From Macrostomum lignano (Eukaryota): DNA of 64,000 nucleotides. Location of the stretch: assembly GCA_002269645.1 (NCBI GenBank), contig NIVC01001326.1, positions 181,708 to 245,707 of the forward strand, read 5' to 3'. A program made the translations under genes and the position numbers. The notes under the pieces were generated by a model. The model ran no database searches, had not been told where the DNA came from, and saw only the letters and a list, made by a program, of their open reading frames with translations. Of the stretch, positions 44,101 to 61,615 are shown piece by piece (the first letter of the stretch is position 1; each line of letters opens with the position of its first letter).

Positions 44101-45341
44101 TAGACTCACCTAGACTCACCTAGACTCACCTAGAATCACCTAGACTCACCTAGACTCACCTAGACTCACCTAGACTCACCTAGACTCACCTAGACTCACC
44201 TAGACTCACCTAGACTCACTTGACCTCTAGAACTCTGACTCTGACCGACATAATTTGACATGGAACTCAACACTGACCTTCGATTTCGACTTAATTTCTA
44301 TATTCCCAAGCTTCAAAGCCATCCCATCCCATTGGGGTCATTCGATCCTCACCAAGAACGCCTTAGTCGTGACCAGCACCGACATGCTGAATGCGCGGCC
44401 CTTACGTAGCGGCAACTCGCGCACCTTCATCTCCGATTGCCACTTGCCGGCCACCGTCGAGTTCATCGCCAGCAGGCGGTCGTTGAGTTTAGCGCGCAGG
44501 TGCAGCGCAATCTGCTTCTGTGGCGCCATGAAGTCAACGATGAAATGCTCAGTCTCCGGCAGGACAAAGGCGGCCAGAGTGATCATGCAGCCTGGCGCCA
44601 GTTGAATGCCCTCCCGTGTGTACTCCGGCGTCTGCGATTTTAACATTCAATTTGGCTTGTCCTTTCGCTGCTAATACTGCCTACCCGGTTACATAAGTAG
44701 TAATATACGTACTAAGCAATACTGACTGCTGCAGACACAGCATCGCTAAACGCCTTACTAAGCACTGACTGCGGCACACACAGCATCGCTAAACTCCTCA
44801 CTGAGCAACACTGACTGCTGCACACACAGCATCGCTAAACTCCTCACTGAGCAACACTGACTGCTGCACACACAGCATCGCTAAACTCCTCACTGAGCAA
44901 CACTGACTGCTGCACACACAGCATCGCTAAACTCCTCACTGAGCAACACTGACTGCGGCACACACAGCATCGCTAAACTCCTCACTGAGCAACACTGACC
45001 GCGGCACACACAGCATCGCTAAACTCCTCACTGAGCAACACTGACTGCTGCACACACAGCATCGCTAAACTCCTTACTAAGCAACACTGACTGCTGCACA
45101 CACAGCACCGCTAAACTCCTTACTAAGCAACACTGACTGCTGCACACACAGCATCGCTAAACTCCTCACTGAGCAACACTGACTGCTGCACACACAGCAT
45201 CGCTAAACTCCACACACAGCATCGCTAAACTCACCAATGTCATCAGCAGCTCACCTGAATATCCAAATCACAGTTGTCCAGCTCATCTCTGGTTGGATCA
45301 AAGAAGCCGGCAGTACGAAACGGCGCCTTGAACAATGCCAT
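41101..45341 (-). CDS. Tandem-repeat galectin-like protein with two degenerate CRDs. Exons 45341-45255, 44631-44353, 43862-43740, 42801-42602, 41296-41101; last exon unresolved.
   Basis: CRD1 reads FIVDF...IALHLRAKL..AMNSTVAGKWQSE...PLRKGRAFSMSVLVT.KAFL|ISYNEEHFAAFPHRMP..VNSIGI. A linker and YPQLPY..GG follow, then CRD2 LNIAF...VDLELYVN...HVDICVCCTDTAMR. All four junctions are GT-AG and keep the frame (87, 279, 123, 200 and 196 nt exons). Confidence 0.8.
41365..42592. repeat. ~19-21-bp minisatellite (CACTATCTGGACACAGAGATT)n filling galectin intron 4
   Basis: Directly visible. Confidence 0.96.
42893..43690. repeat. 23-bp-family array in galectin intron 3: a 46-bp AB dimer block, a degenerate middle and a homogeneous 23-bp block
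   Basis: GGGTTATGACCGATGTTCGGGAT alternates with GGGTTATGAGCGACCTTTAGGAT. GGGTCATAAGCAATGTGGAAGAA repeats at 43535-43680. Confidence 0.92.
44061..44220. repeat. 10-bp tandem repeat (TAGACTCACC)n in galectin intron 2
   Basis: 16 units, about 10 of them perfect. Confidence 0.95.
44705..45232. repeat. 46-bp minisatellite filling galectin intron 1
   Basis: Unit CACACACAGCATCGCTAAACTCCTCACTGAGCAACACTGACTGCTG. Confidence 0.95.
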
Positions 45342-46149
45342 CCTAGAACCCTAGAATACTAGAATCTGCTAGCTTTTAATAAAATTTGAAACATTCGAAA
45401 TGATTTGGACAATAAGCAAGTCTTAGAAAATCAGGGCATTCACTTTTTATGGGCTAAAAGACTGTGAAAGATTGGAGAGGGAGAGAGACAGGGTCTGTAC
45501 ACTAGGCGAAGGAGGGGGGAAAGAAGGGAGAGAGAGGGCTGGTACTACAGATCATGAAAGTACATTGCACAGTACAGAATATAGGCCTAGTAAAGCCGTT
45601 GCGCTGATATCAAAGATTGACTCTACATTCTACCGTACAACCCACCACCCCAAAGAAGTGTTTGCTCGCGGCATTTCCGACTCCCCTAAACCCCTCAGTA
45701 TAGGGGCAGTACGCATTGGTCAAAGTTGACCAAAAACACTTCACCCTCTCCTACGAGTACTAAGCAAATGGTACGCTCGCGCACATGTGGGCCCGCACTC
45801 TGTGGCAGCAATTAAAGGGTGTCTAAGAACAGGTGGTTTTGGTTATTATTTTCTTATGTAAGTATGTATGCATACACGAATACATGAATAATATGCAGCT
45901 GCGCAAAAGGCCATGCATGCTGTTGCCAGATTTCGATTTCAGATCTTGGCAGCTTGTAGAACTTGGGTTGGCTGACTTTATTCAACTAATAATAGAGTTG
46001 CAATGCTCCACATAGCAGCAGCTCTGTTCCACAGGCATGAACGGGGGTTACTCGCTAAAACATTGTTCTTAATTTTAACTCAACTGAGCATGGCCTGGTT
46101 GTGTAAGAGAAAAAGCCAGGTTTAAGTGGAGTGAAAGAGAAAAAAGGAA

Positions 46150-46830
46150 TGAGAGCAGGAGGAGAGAAAGGTGAGATCGGGTTGAGAGCAGGAGGAGAGA
46201 AAGGTGAGATCGGGTTGAGAGCAGGAGGAGAGAAAGGTGAGATCGGGTTGAGAGCAGGAGGAGAGAAAGGTGAGATCGGGTTGAGAGCAGGAGGAGAGAA
46301 AGGTGAGATCGGGTTGAGAGCAGGAGGAGAGAAAGGTGAGATCGGGTTGAGAGCAGGAGGAGAGAAGGGTAAAATCGGGTTGAGAGCAGGAGGAGAGAAG
46401 GGTGAAATCGGGTTGAGAGCAGGTCGAGAGAAGGATGAGATCAGATTGAGATCAGGGTGAGCAGGTGGGGACCAGGGTGAGATCAAGGTAGGCAAGTGGG
46501 GACCAGGGTGCGATCAGGGTGAGCCGGTGGGGACCAGGGTGAGATCAAAGGTAAGCAGGTGGGGACCAGGGTGAGATCAAGGTAAGCAGGTGGGGACCAG
46601 GGTGAGATCAAGGTAAGCAGGTGGGGACCAGGGTGAGATCAAGGTAAGCAGGTGGGGACCAGGGTGAGATCAAGGTAAGCAGGTGGGGACCAGGGTGAGA
46701 TCAAGGTAAGCAGGTGGGGACCAGGGTGAGATCAAGGTAAGCAGGTGGGGACCAGGGTGAGATCAAGGTAAGCAGGTGGGGACCAGGGTGAGATCAAGGT
46801 GAGCCGGTGGGGACCAGGGTGAGATCAGGG
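46150..46830. repeat. Two adjacent related arrays: 33-bp (46150-46430) and 31-bp (46460-46830)
   Basis: GAGAGCAGGAGGAGAGAAAGGTGAGATCGGGTT, then GCAGGTGGGGACCAGGGTGAGATCAAGGTAA. Both share GCAGG and GGTGAGATC. Confidence 0.93.
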
Positions 46831-47449
46831 TGAAATTATTGTGAGATCCGCTATGAGTTCAAAGGATATCAAGGTGATGCCAAGTATGAGATTAGGGTGA
46901 GAGCAGATATGAGAACATGTTGAAGAGCAGGTTGAGAAGTAGACAACGAAAAGTTATCAAGTAAGCACTGGGCGGTAAGTATCTATGTATACAGCATTAG
47001 TGTATGTAAAAGCAGTAAAAGCAAATAACAAACTTCCGTGAAATTTTTGAAACCTGATCTATTATACAAGGCCACAAGTCTGTCTCTTTCTAATTATTTT
47101 TTTTAACAAATATAAACAGATAATCTGCACAAGCGCACATGTTACTAATAGTAGGAGACACATGTACGGGAGACGCAGCTCAGATTTCGTTGAAATTGTC
47201 TATGAAAATAAAGGACATAAAGTAACTGTTCGTACTAATTATATAATTTATTATTAATCGTATATTGTACACTGATAGCGCTTTGAACTGGCGTCACGTG
47301 ATGCCCCAACTCGAATCACGTGATTAGCCAAGGTCAATCCAGCGCGACTCCAGTATCAATTTCATTTTAACTCTATCGATAAAATTTACCAAAAGTTCAA
47401 AGTAAAGTCACGCGATTTGAATAGCTAACTTTCAAGGTCACGAGTTGTA

Positions 47450-55013
<7,564 letters not shown>

Positions 55014-56545
55014 CTAAAATTGTTGTAGAAATGTGTAGTAAGTGTTAAATTTCAACGAACTGAGTTGTCAATGTTTAGTCTTTGTCGCTAAACAGTTTTT
55101 GTACCTTGATTGTTATCTAATACTACTCGTATATCCATACGTTAGATACCTCGCAGTATAAAAGTAGCCTCTAATTGATAAGTAGGTAATTATTCGAATG
55201 TTACAATGTATGTAAGAATGCTTTCCTGTTGTAGCTTTTCAATTTCACTTTCACATCAAATCAAAATTACTGCGCATCCAACAGAGAACAGCTAGCAAAG
55301 GTACGAATTTCGCGGTTTCGTTTCTAGTCAAGTTGACTGAATTCGATCTAAATTCAAATTACATCTCGCACGCAATTAAAAATGGTTTGTCGAATTTTAG
55401 AACTTTGGCGCCGGTTTTAATATTTCTTTATGCATTGACTCGTCAGAAAAGTGAGCAAATCAGGTAAAATTGACGAAAAAGAAACTTTTTATCTTCCAAA
55501 AATTATCCGATTTTTTCAACCTTTAGACATAAAAAACATCGGTTGAGAATGAAAAATAGGTTTTCAGTCAACCGCAATCTATCAAATGTCATAGATTCAA
55601 ATTAAATAATTTACTAACTAAAATATACCATCATTAAACAATATTACTAAAATTACTTAAATATGAAAAGAAAGCAGACATACCAATGCCGCTTCCTCTT
55701 TATTTAGGTATGTACCCTGCTTTAATGAAGACATCTCTCTGTTGCTTTTTATGGGTGTGCGTGTGCATTCGATTGTAAAAATAAAAATACTAAAAAATGA
55801 ACAATTTCATTTAAGTTGAAGTTGATTCGAGTTGTTTACTGTGACTATGTAATGGGTAATTTTTTAAATTCTGAAACTAAAATTTTTTCTTCTAAAACGC
55901 ACATTTCAGTAACACTATAAGCTAAATTTAACGATAAAAATATTTTTTTGCGTATTTTTGATTTAATCTGCTCAAAGTTCAAAACTATTGAACGAGGGGG
56001 GCCGGCCCGGCCCGGCGCGAGACTTAATTTAAGATTTAATTGCCAAAGGCGCCAAAGATATAATTGGCATTAGCAATTAAAAAACATGATTTTTTAAGAA
56101 AATAGAAAATAGTCTAGTTATTGAGTATTATATTTTTTGTTAATTAAAGCAACGCTTCTGTTCTATATTGATATTGTGATAACTAGTAAATTGTTTCCTA
56201 ACTCAAACTCAAATTCTAACATTTTTAGATACATCGGGCCTATGTTCTCTAATATGTTATATAATATAGTATAGGGCCTACCAAAAAAGATATTCTATGG
56301 CTATGTTATAAATTCAAGTTTACATAAAAAAGATTGCTGCACATGATATGTATACCAGATTACCAGAACAAAATTTTGATACATAGGCCTATCGGCCTAG
56401 TTACCTAGTAGGGCACAAATTTACTATGGCATAGCTGTTGTGTTATGTAGGATATTATAAACTAAGTAAATATACATTTAGGTATTACTAATTGATTTAA
56501 AAGCAAGTTGACTATTGGAAGGCTTATTATTATAATCATTATAGG

Positions 56546-56736
56546 CAGTAGCGCAACCAGAAATTTTTCAAGGGGGGGGCGGATTCTGAGGGTAAAGTCC
56601 CGGGAGGGGGGGGGCGGCGGAGGGGTGGCTCTGTTTTTGGCGAAAATTCGCTTGGTCCCCCCTTTGATTTTTTTTCGGTCCCCCGCCTAAGGGGGGGGCG
56701 ACCGCCCCCCCCCCCCCCCCCCTGGTTGCGCCACTG
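56546..56736. mobile_element. 191-bp hAT-type MITE
   Basis: TIRs CAGTAGCGCAACCAG and the reverse complement of CTGGTTGCGCCACTG. Perfect 8-bp TSD ATTATAGG at 56538-56545 and 56737-56744. G/C-run subterminal regions. Confidence 0.9.
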
Positions 56737-57755
56737 ATTATAGGCCTATGCATTTATGCCCAATACCTAGCCCATTTAGCAAGAGGTCTGGATAAGGTAG
56801 ATTGCAAAAATGTTTACTTAAAAATACAGATAGTAGGCCTACTTATTAGATAATAAGGCATATAGGCTAAATAATATAATCATAGTTACTCTAGCCATTT
56901 ATCAAAAATTACATTAATTTTTTATTTACAATTACTTATAAATAAGTTACATTTTTGGTAAAAAAGTAATTCACATGGTTAGGTAAACTTTAAAAGTTAG
57001 GCATGTCTAACTATATAAAAATGACTATTTATCTTAACTTTAGCTACTTAATCTAATAATACAATGTATATGTCATCAAAGATTGATTGCTTCTTAGTCT
57101 TTGACAATGAGGGCTTAAGGGCTTCTATAGGCCCTTTGTATTGAATGTGAAAATATTTATTATATATTATATATTAATTAATTAAGTAATGATATAATAA
57201 AATTGCACTTTTTGATGCATATAATAAACAAGTCAGAAGTACTGTTGTGTCTAAACTGTTAGATTTCATATGCTCAATCAGATGTCTTCATATTCTAAGC
57301 AGTAAGGCAGGAAGTGCCTTAGCAAACTAGGCTGCAGTTTTGGCAATGGTAATGATAACCTTACCAGACTTTACAATTCTTAGCAGTATACCATAAAATA
57401 TCAATATTGTAGTCTAGGTTTTTTATGCAATAGAGATGCTATAATATCCTGACTTACCAAATTCTTCCTGAAGTTGGACCTTGGATGAGATTCACATCCT
57501 AGTGCCAGCTTAAAAACCCAGCTTGTAGATTGATTTTGTCTAATAAATTCTCTATAGACTCCATCGTCATAAGTTTGCATTGTGAAATGACTAGTCTGAA
57601 TTTACTATTCAGTTCTGTCTGAAATTCAATAGTAGAATGCATTGCAATAAATGCTCGAATTCTTAGATAAAATGAAAAATTGCTGTATTGCAAAGGAAAC
57701 TCAATTCTGGATTTCATATTTTTGCTCTCTTTTAGCACTTAATTGATGCCTATCC

Positions 57756-59237
57756 ATGCAACCAACTCCCATATATGCATGCCCGATTGCCTTCATGGCC
57801 AGTCCGCACAACACCAGCAAGCAGCAGCGGGAGCTCGAGCAGGCCGCCAGGCGGGCGGAGCGCGAGCGCAAGCGGCTGCAGAAAGAGGCGGAGAGGCTGG
57901 CGAAAGAGGCGGAGCGGCAGAAGCGAGAGGAGGAGAGGCGGCTGAAAAAGGAGGAGGAGCTGCGCAAGAAGGAAGAGGAGCGACAGGCGAAGGAGGAAGA
58001 GAAAAAGGCCAAAGAGGAGGAGCGGGCCAAGCTGAAAGAAGCCAAGGAGGAGGAGAGGAAAGCGAAAGAAGAAGAGAAAGCCAAGCTGAAGGAGGCCAAG
58101 GAGGAGGAGAGAAAGGCGAAAGAGGAGGAGAGGAAGGCCAAGGAGGACGAGAAGCAAAAGAGGCAGGAAGAAGAGCGCAGGCAGAAGGAGAAGCAGGCGA
58201 GTCTTCTGGCCAGCTTCTTCATCAAGAAGCCGGCAGCCTCCAGCGGAGCCCAGTCGGAGGTCGGGGGTTCGAGTCAGACTGAGGAGTCGGCAGCGCCGGA
58301 GGAGAAGCGGCGCTTCATGCCGTTTCCGCTGCGCCGAGACGCCCGGCTGTGCCCGGCGATTCGCAGGGAGCTGCTGACTGAGTCGGAGAGAAATACTCTT
58401 GAGCAGTTTTTGAGCAGCGATGCAGCGCCGCAGGCTGAGTCCTACCTCACTGAACTGAAGCATCGCCGGGGTCGCAGCTGCCCTCAGACCTGGCCACTTA
58501 GCGAGTTCCTGCAAGGCGGCTCCGATCCCGACGTTGTCATGGGGACGGAGACGCAGTCGCTGCGCAAGTGCAAGCTGTTGCAGTTCTGCGAGAATCACAG
58601 GCCCGCCTACTTTGGCACCTGGGGCAGGCGGAGCAGCGCCATCTCCGGCCGGAACCCGCTGAGCAGAGACGCGGCCACCCTGGACTACGATGTTGACAGC
58701 GAGGCCGAGTGGGAGGAGGAGGGCGAGGGCGAGGATCTGGACAGGTCTGAGGGAGATCCAGAGGAGGCTGGGTCGGATGATGATGACGAGGATGAGGCTG
58801 CCTTTGTTGTCCCCCACGGCTACCTGAGCGATGACGAAGGCGAGAACCCTGCGGAAGCTGAGGATGAGGCTGAGGATGCTGAAACCAGGAAGAAGCGGCA
58901 GCAGCTGAGGCAGCGCGCGTTCGAGGAGAGCCAGCAGAGAAAAGTGCAGCGGCTGAAGCCGATTTTGTTCGGCATCAGCTTTGCCGAGCTCGCGGAGATC
59001 GCCGAGGAGGCGGCCTTCTGCTGCCACGAGGCTCTGCCAGTCGACTGCGACCCGCCACCCAGCCAGCCTCCGACACCTGATGAGGCTGGACGCAAGCGCC
59101 CGGGATCGGCCAAGCGGGCTCGCGGCTCCTCAGCCTCTGCCGCATCTCCGGCCGAGTCTGGGAAGAAAATGCGGCGCCCCATCACCGACTTTTTCCAGTC
59201 TCCGTCTTACGGGAAAAAGCTGCCTGTACAAAATTGA
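57756..59237 (+). CDS. CHAF1A: Chromatin assembly factor 1 subunit A (p150), compact single-exon form
   Basis: Long K/E/R-rich helix, PIP-like KQASLLASFF, RFMPF, KLLQFCENHRPAYFGTW, GRNPL..D..LDYDVDSEAEWEEEGEGEDL and FVVPHGYLSDDEG. The start is Met 57756 or 57795. Confidence 0.93.
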   Translation: MQPTPIYACPIAFMASPHNTSKQQRELEQAARRAERERKRLQKEAERLAKEAERQKREEERRLKKEEELRKKEEERQAKEEEKKAKEEERAKLKEAKEEERKAKEEEKAKLKEAKEEERKAKEEERKAKEDEKQKRQEEERRQKEKQASLLASFFIKKPAASSGAQSEVGGSSQTEESAAPEEKRRFMPFPLRRDARLCPAIRRELLTESERNTLEQFLSSDAAPQAESYLTELKHRRGRSCPQTWPLSEFLQGGSDPDVVMGTETQSLRKCKLLQFCENHRPAYFGTWGRRSSAISGRNPLSRDAATLDYDVDSEAEWEEEGEGEDLDRSEGDPEEAGSDDDDEDEAAFVVPHGYLSDDEGENPAEAEDEAEDAETRKKRQQLRQRAFEESQQRKVQRLKPILFGISFAELAEIAEEAAFCCHEALPVDCDPPPSQPPTPDEAGRKRPGSAKRARGSSASAASPAESGKKMRRPITDFFQSPSYGKKLPVQN

Positions 59238-60307
59238 CTGACTTTTGCACCTGTCCTACTGTTGCACTGGCATTTTATGGCATCCTTTTGACCCTTTAGT
59301 GCATTTTTATGACTGGTTCAAGTTTGTTAGGACCCGAGTGAACTTATCGTCTGAGCATTTGTTTAAAACAGGTTCTGGACACCCTGTTGTCGGAGAAAGA
59401 AGGGTATTTTGTCGTTTGCAGGATTGCGTTCAAAAATCTAAATGAAGGTTTTTCTGGTAATGGCTAAGTACGAGCTAATAATATCACATGACGTTCAATG
59501 TTCAGTATCAAAATTCTCGAAAGCACAGTTGGTTGTCCAGAGACTCACTAATGCAGCGTAATCTGATCTTGCATTCACAATATTTACTATTTTTTTCTTA
59601 TAACGTTGGTAATATTTTATTGCATATTGAGTTTATAATTTATGCTTTACTAAAACTCTATTGTGAGTTATTGCAATATCCATATCTGCTTTTACAGTTT
59701 GTTATATAGTCAATATTTATAAGCAAAAATATATAATTCAAGTTCCAAACAAATGTCGCAGCTTGTAAACTTCAATGTATTTGAATCACTTGAAACAAGT
59801 AACAGAAAAATATGAAGTGTTCTCGTCTGTCGCAGCACAGGCTATGTAATGTCTAATGTCTTTTAAAAAGTGCCTTAAGCCTATCCTTGGTTCAAAGTTG
59901 GTCGTCGCGAAATGAAAATTCGAATTTGTGAGGCTTAACGAGAATTAACCCACCTTGGCTAAACTAAATCGTAATCTTGATAATGTCTAGATAAAACTCA
60001 AAAAATTATTAATAAGATTGAAAGTTAGTCAAGTGCAAGAACGACTTTAGGTAGACCTAAGTCATTTCTTGATTTAGTTATTATGCCCTACGCAAGGGCT
60101 TCCGTCGAGTTAGACATTTGTAGTTAGTTTAAATTAAGTTTTCAGTAAAACTAAATTTGGCCGTATTCGCGGTATTCGCCTTTCTGTCAACAGAAGCGCC
60201 TAAATTACTCCGTTAAATTCGCTATCCAAGACCAAGAAATCTGTTCTATCTATTGAAACGTGTTCGAAACATCAGGAATTTTGAAATGAACCGAAGAACA
60301 TTTTGCA

Positions 60308-60344
60308 CAAGGACGACTTAAGTAGTCTACTTAAGTCGTCCTTG
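60308..60344. mobile_element. 37-bp TIR-only remnant (18+1+18) with perfect 8-bp TSD; probable transposon excision footprint
   Basis: CAAGGACGACTTAAGTAG-T-CTACTTAAGTCGTCCTTG, flanked by ATTTTGCA on both sides (60300-60307 and 60345-60352). Confidence 0.8.
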
Positions 60345-60869
60345 ATTTTGCATTGAAACGAAGTGGTAAAAATATCCTAAAATTTGTATTGAAATCAATA
60401 CTTTTAACGAATAAATCACAAAAAAGTTTTAAAAATTATAGCAATTAGTAAAATACCGTAAATTTAATAAAGTATTACGGTCTTGTTTACCTTTCAATTT
60501 TAAATTACAGAAAATGCATAATTATGAATTAACTTTAAGCTTGCAAGGAACCTATCTAGTTATCATTTTTAAAGATAGGGCTAGTACTCATTATAATTTA
60601 TTTTTGTGTGTTATAAATAAGAATAAAATTTCACTATTTATTAGTCACTATAATAATAATAATAACTACCTTTTAATTTCTACAAAATGCTCTGCCTTTA
60701 TCTATTATATTATAGTATATAATATTATAATCCAAATATACTAAATCTTGTTATACTAATAATAGTTTTTAAATAGTTAATTATTCAAAAGTCTAGCCTA
60801 GGTCGAGAAAATTTAGGAACTTGAAATTAAGTCATAGGCTAAGATTTCTTTACTAATCATTGATTCCTT

Positions 60870-61312
60870 GGCATAACTATGGTTTCGTTTGTTACCTTTT
60901 TTTTCAAAGTGACAAGTTATTAAATATTATGACAAACCATACTCTGAGAAGTTCAGAAAAGATGACCCACTACCAAAAAAGTTCAAATTTGAGTTTCAAA
61001 GTCACAAGAAAGATAATTAATAAAGGGGATAATAATGTGACACCCAGTAGAGAAAGTTGCCAAACACATTCCGTGGATATAGATGGTGCCACAGAAATTC
61101 CTATAGATGAGTTTCAAATCAACCATCACTCGTCCCGTACATGTTGCAAAACTTCACCTTGCAGTGCACCATGTTCCCTGGATAGTGTTCGTATGAACCG
61201 TTGGGTCCTAGGGGTCCACAAAATGGAGCTGGTGGTCATCTAGCCATTTCTTTGTGCGCTGGAACAAATCTGAAACAAGAAATAATATAACAAACAAAAC
61301 CATAGTTATGCC
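60870..61312 (-). mobile_element. 443-bp internally deleted Merlin (IS1016/ISXO2-like) DNA transposon with a transposase remnant
   Basis: TIR GGCATAACTATGGTTT(C/T)GTTTGTTA. TSD GATTCCTT / AATTCCTT. The minus strand reads HQLHFVDP*DPTVHTNTIQGTW and, after a frameshift, YGTSDG*FETHL*EFLWH, matching the Merlin-type FVDP..HTN.IE..W and L.EF.WR motifs. Confidence 0.82.
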
Positions 61313-61462
61313 AATTCCTTTTGTTATGTTGTAGGCCTACTAAATCTCTTGTAGTTAAATTATATTTTAATATATAGCCTAACATAATTTAAACTTGAAT
61401 TAATAGTATTTTATAATATAATGTATGATTTATCATGAGTCATGACTATAATTATTATGGGT

Positions 61463-61615
61463 GTAACCTAGGGATTTACCTGGCCAATTCTATTGGCAAT
61501 ACATTATATGTAAGTTGCTATTAGACAGAATAGTAGTCACGTGACTACTCTTAGCCTATAGCTACTTACATGTGTATGTTGCCAATAGAAACAGCCGAGT
61601 GATTCCCAAGGTTAC
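61463..61615. repeat. 153-bp imperfect foldback palindrome centred on GTAGTCACGTGACTAC
   Basis: Arms GTAACCTAGGGATTTACCTGGC / GCCGAGTGATTCCCAAGGTTAC and TTCTATTGGCAA..ATGTAAGTTGCTA / TAGCTACTTACAT..TTGCCAATAGAA pair, centred at 61540/61541. Confidence 0.8.

Noticed and set aside
57240-57560. Possible small minus-strand exons with GTAAGT/GTAAGG donors upstream of CHAF1A
   Set aside because: The implied introns are only ~33-43 nt and no recognisable protein results.
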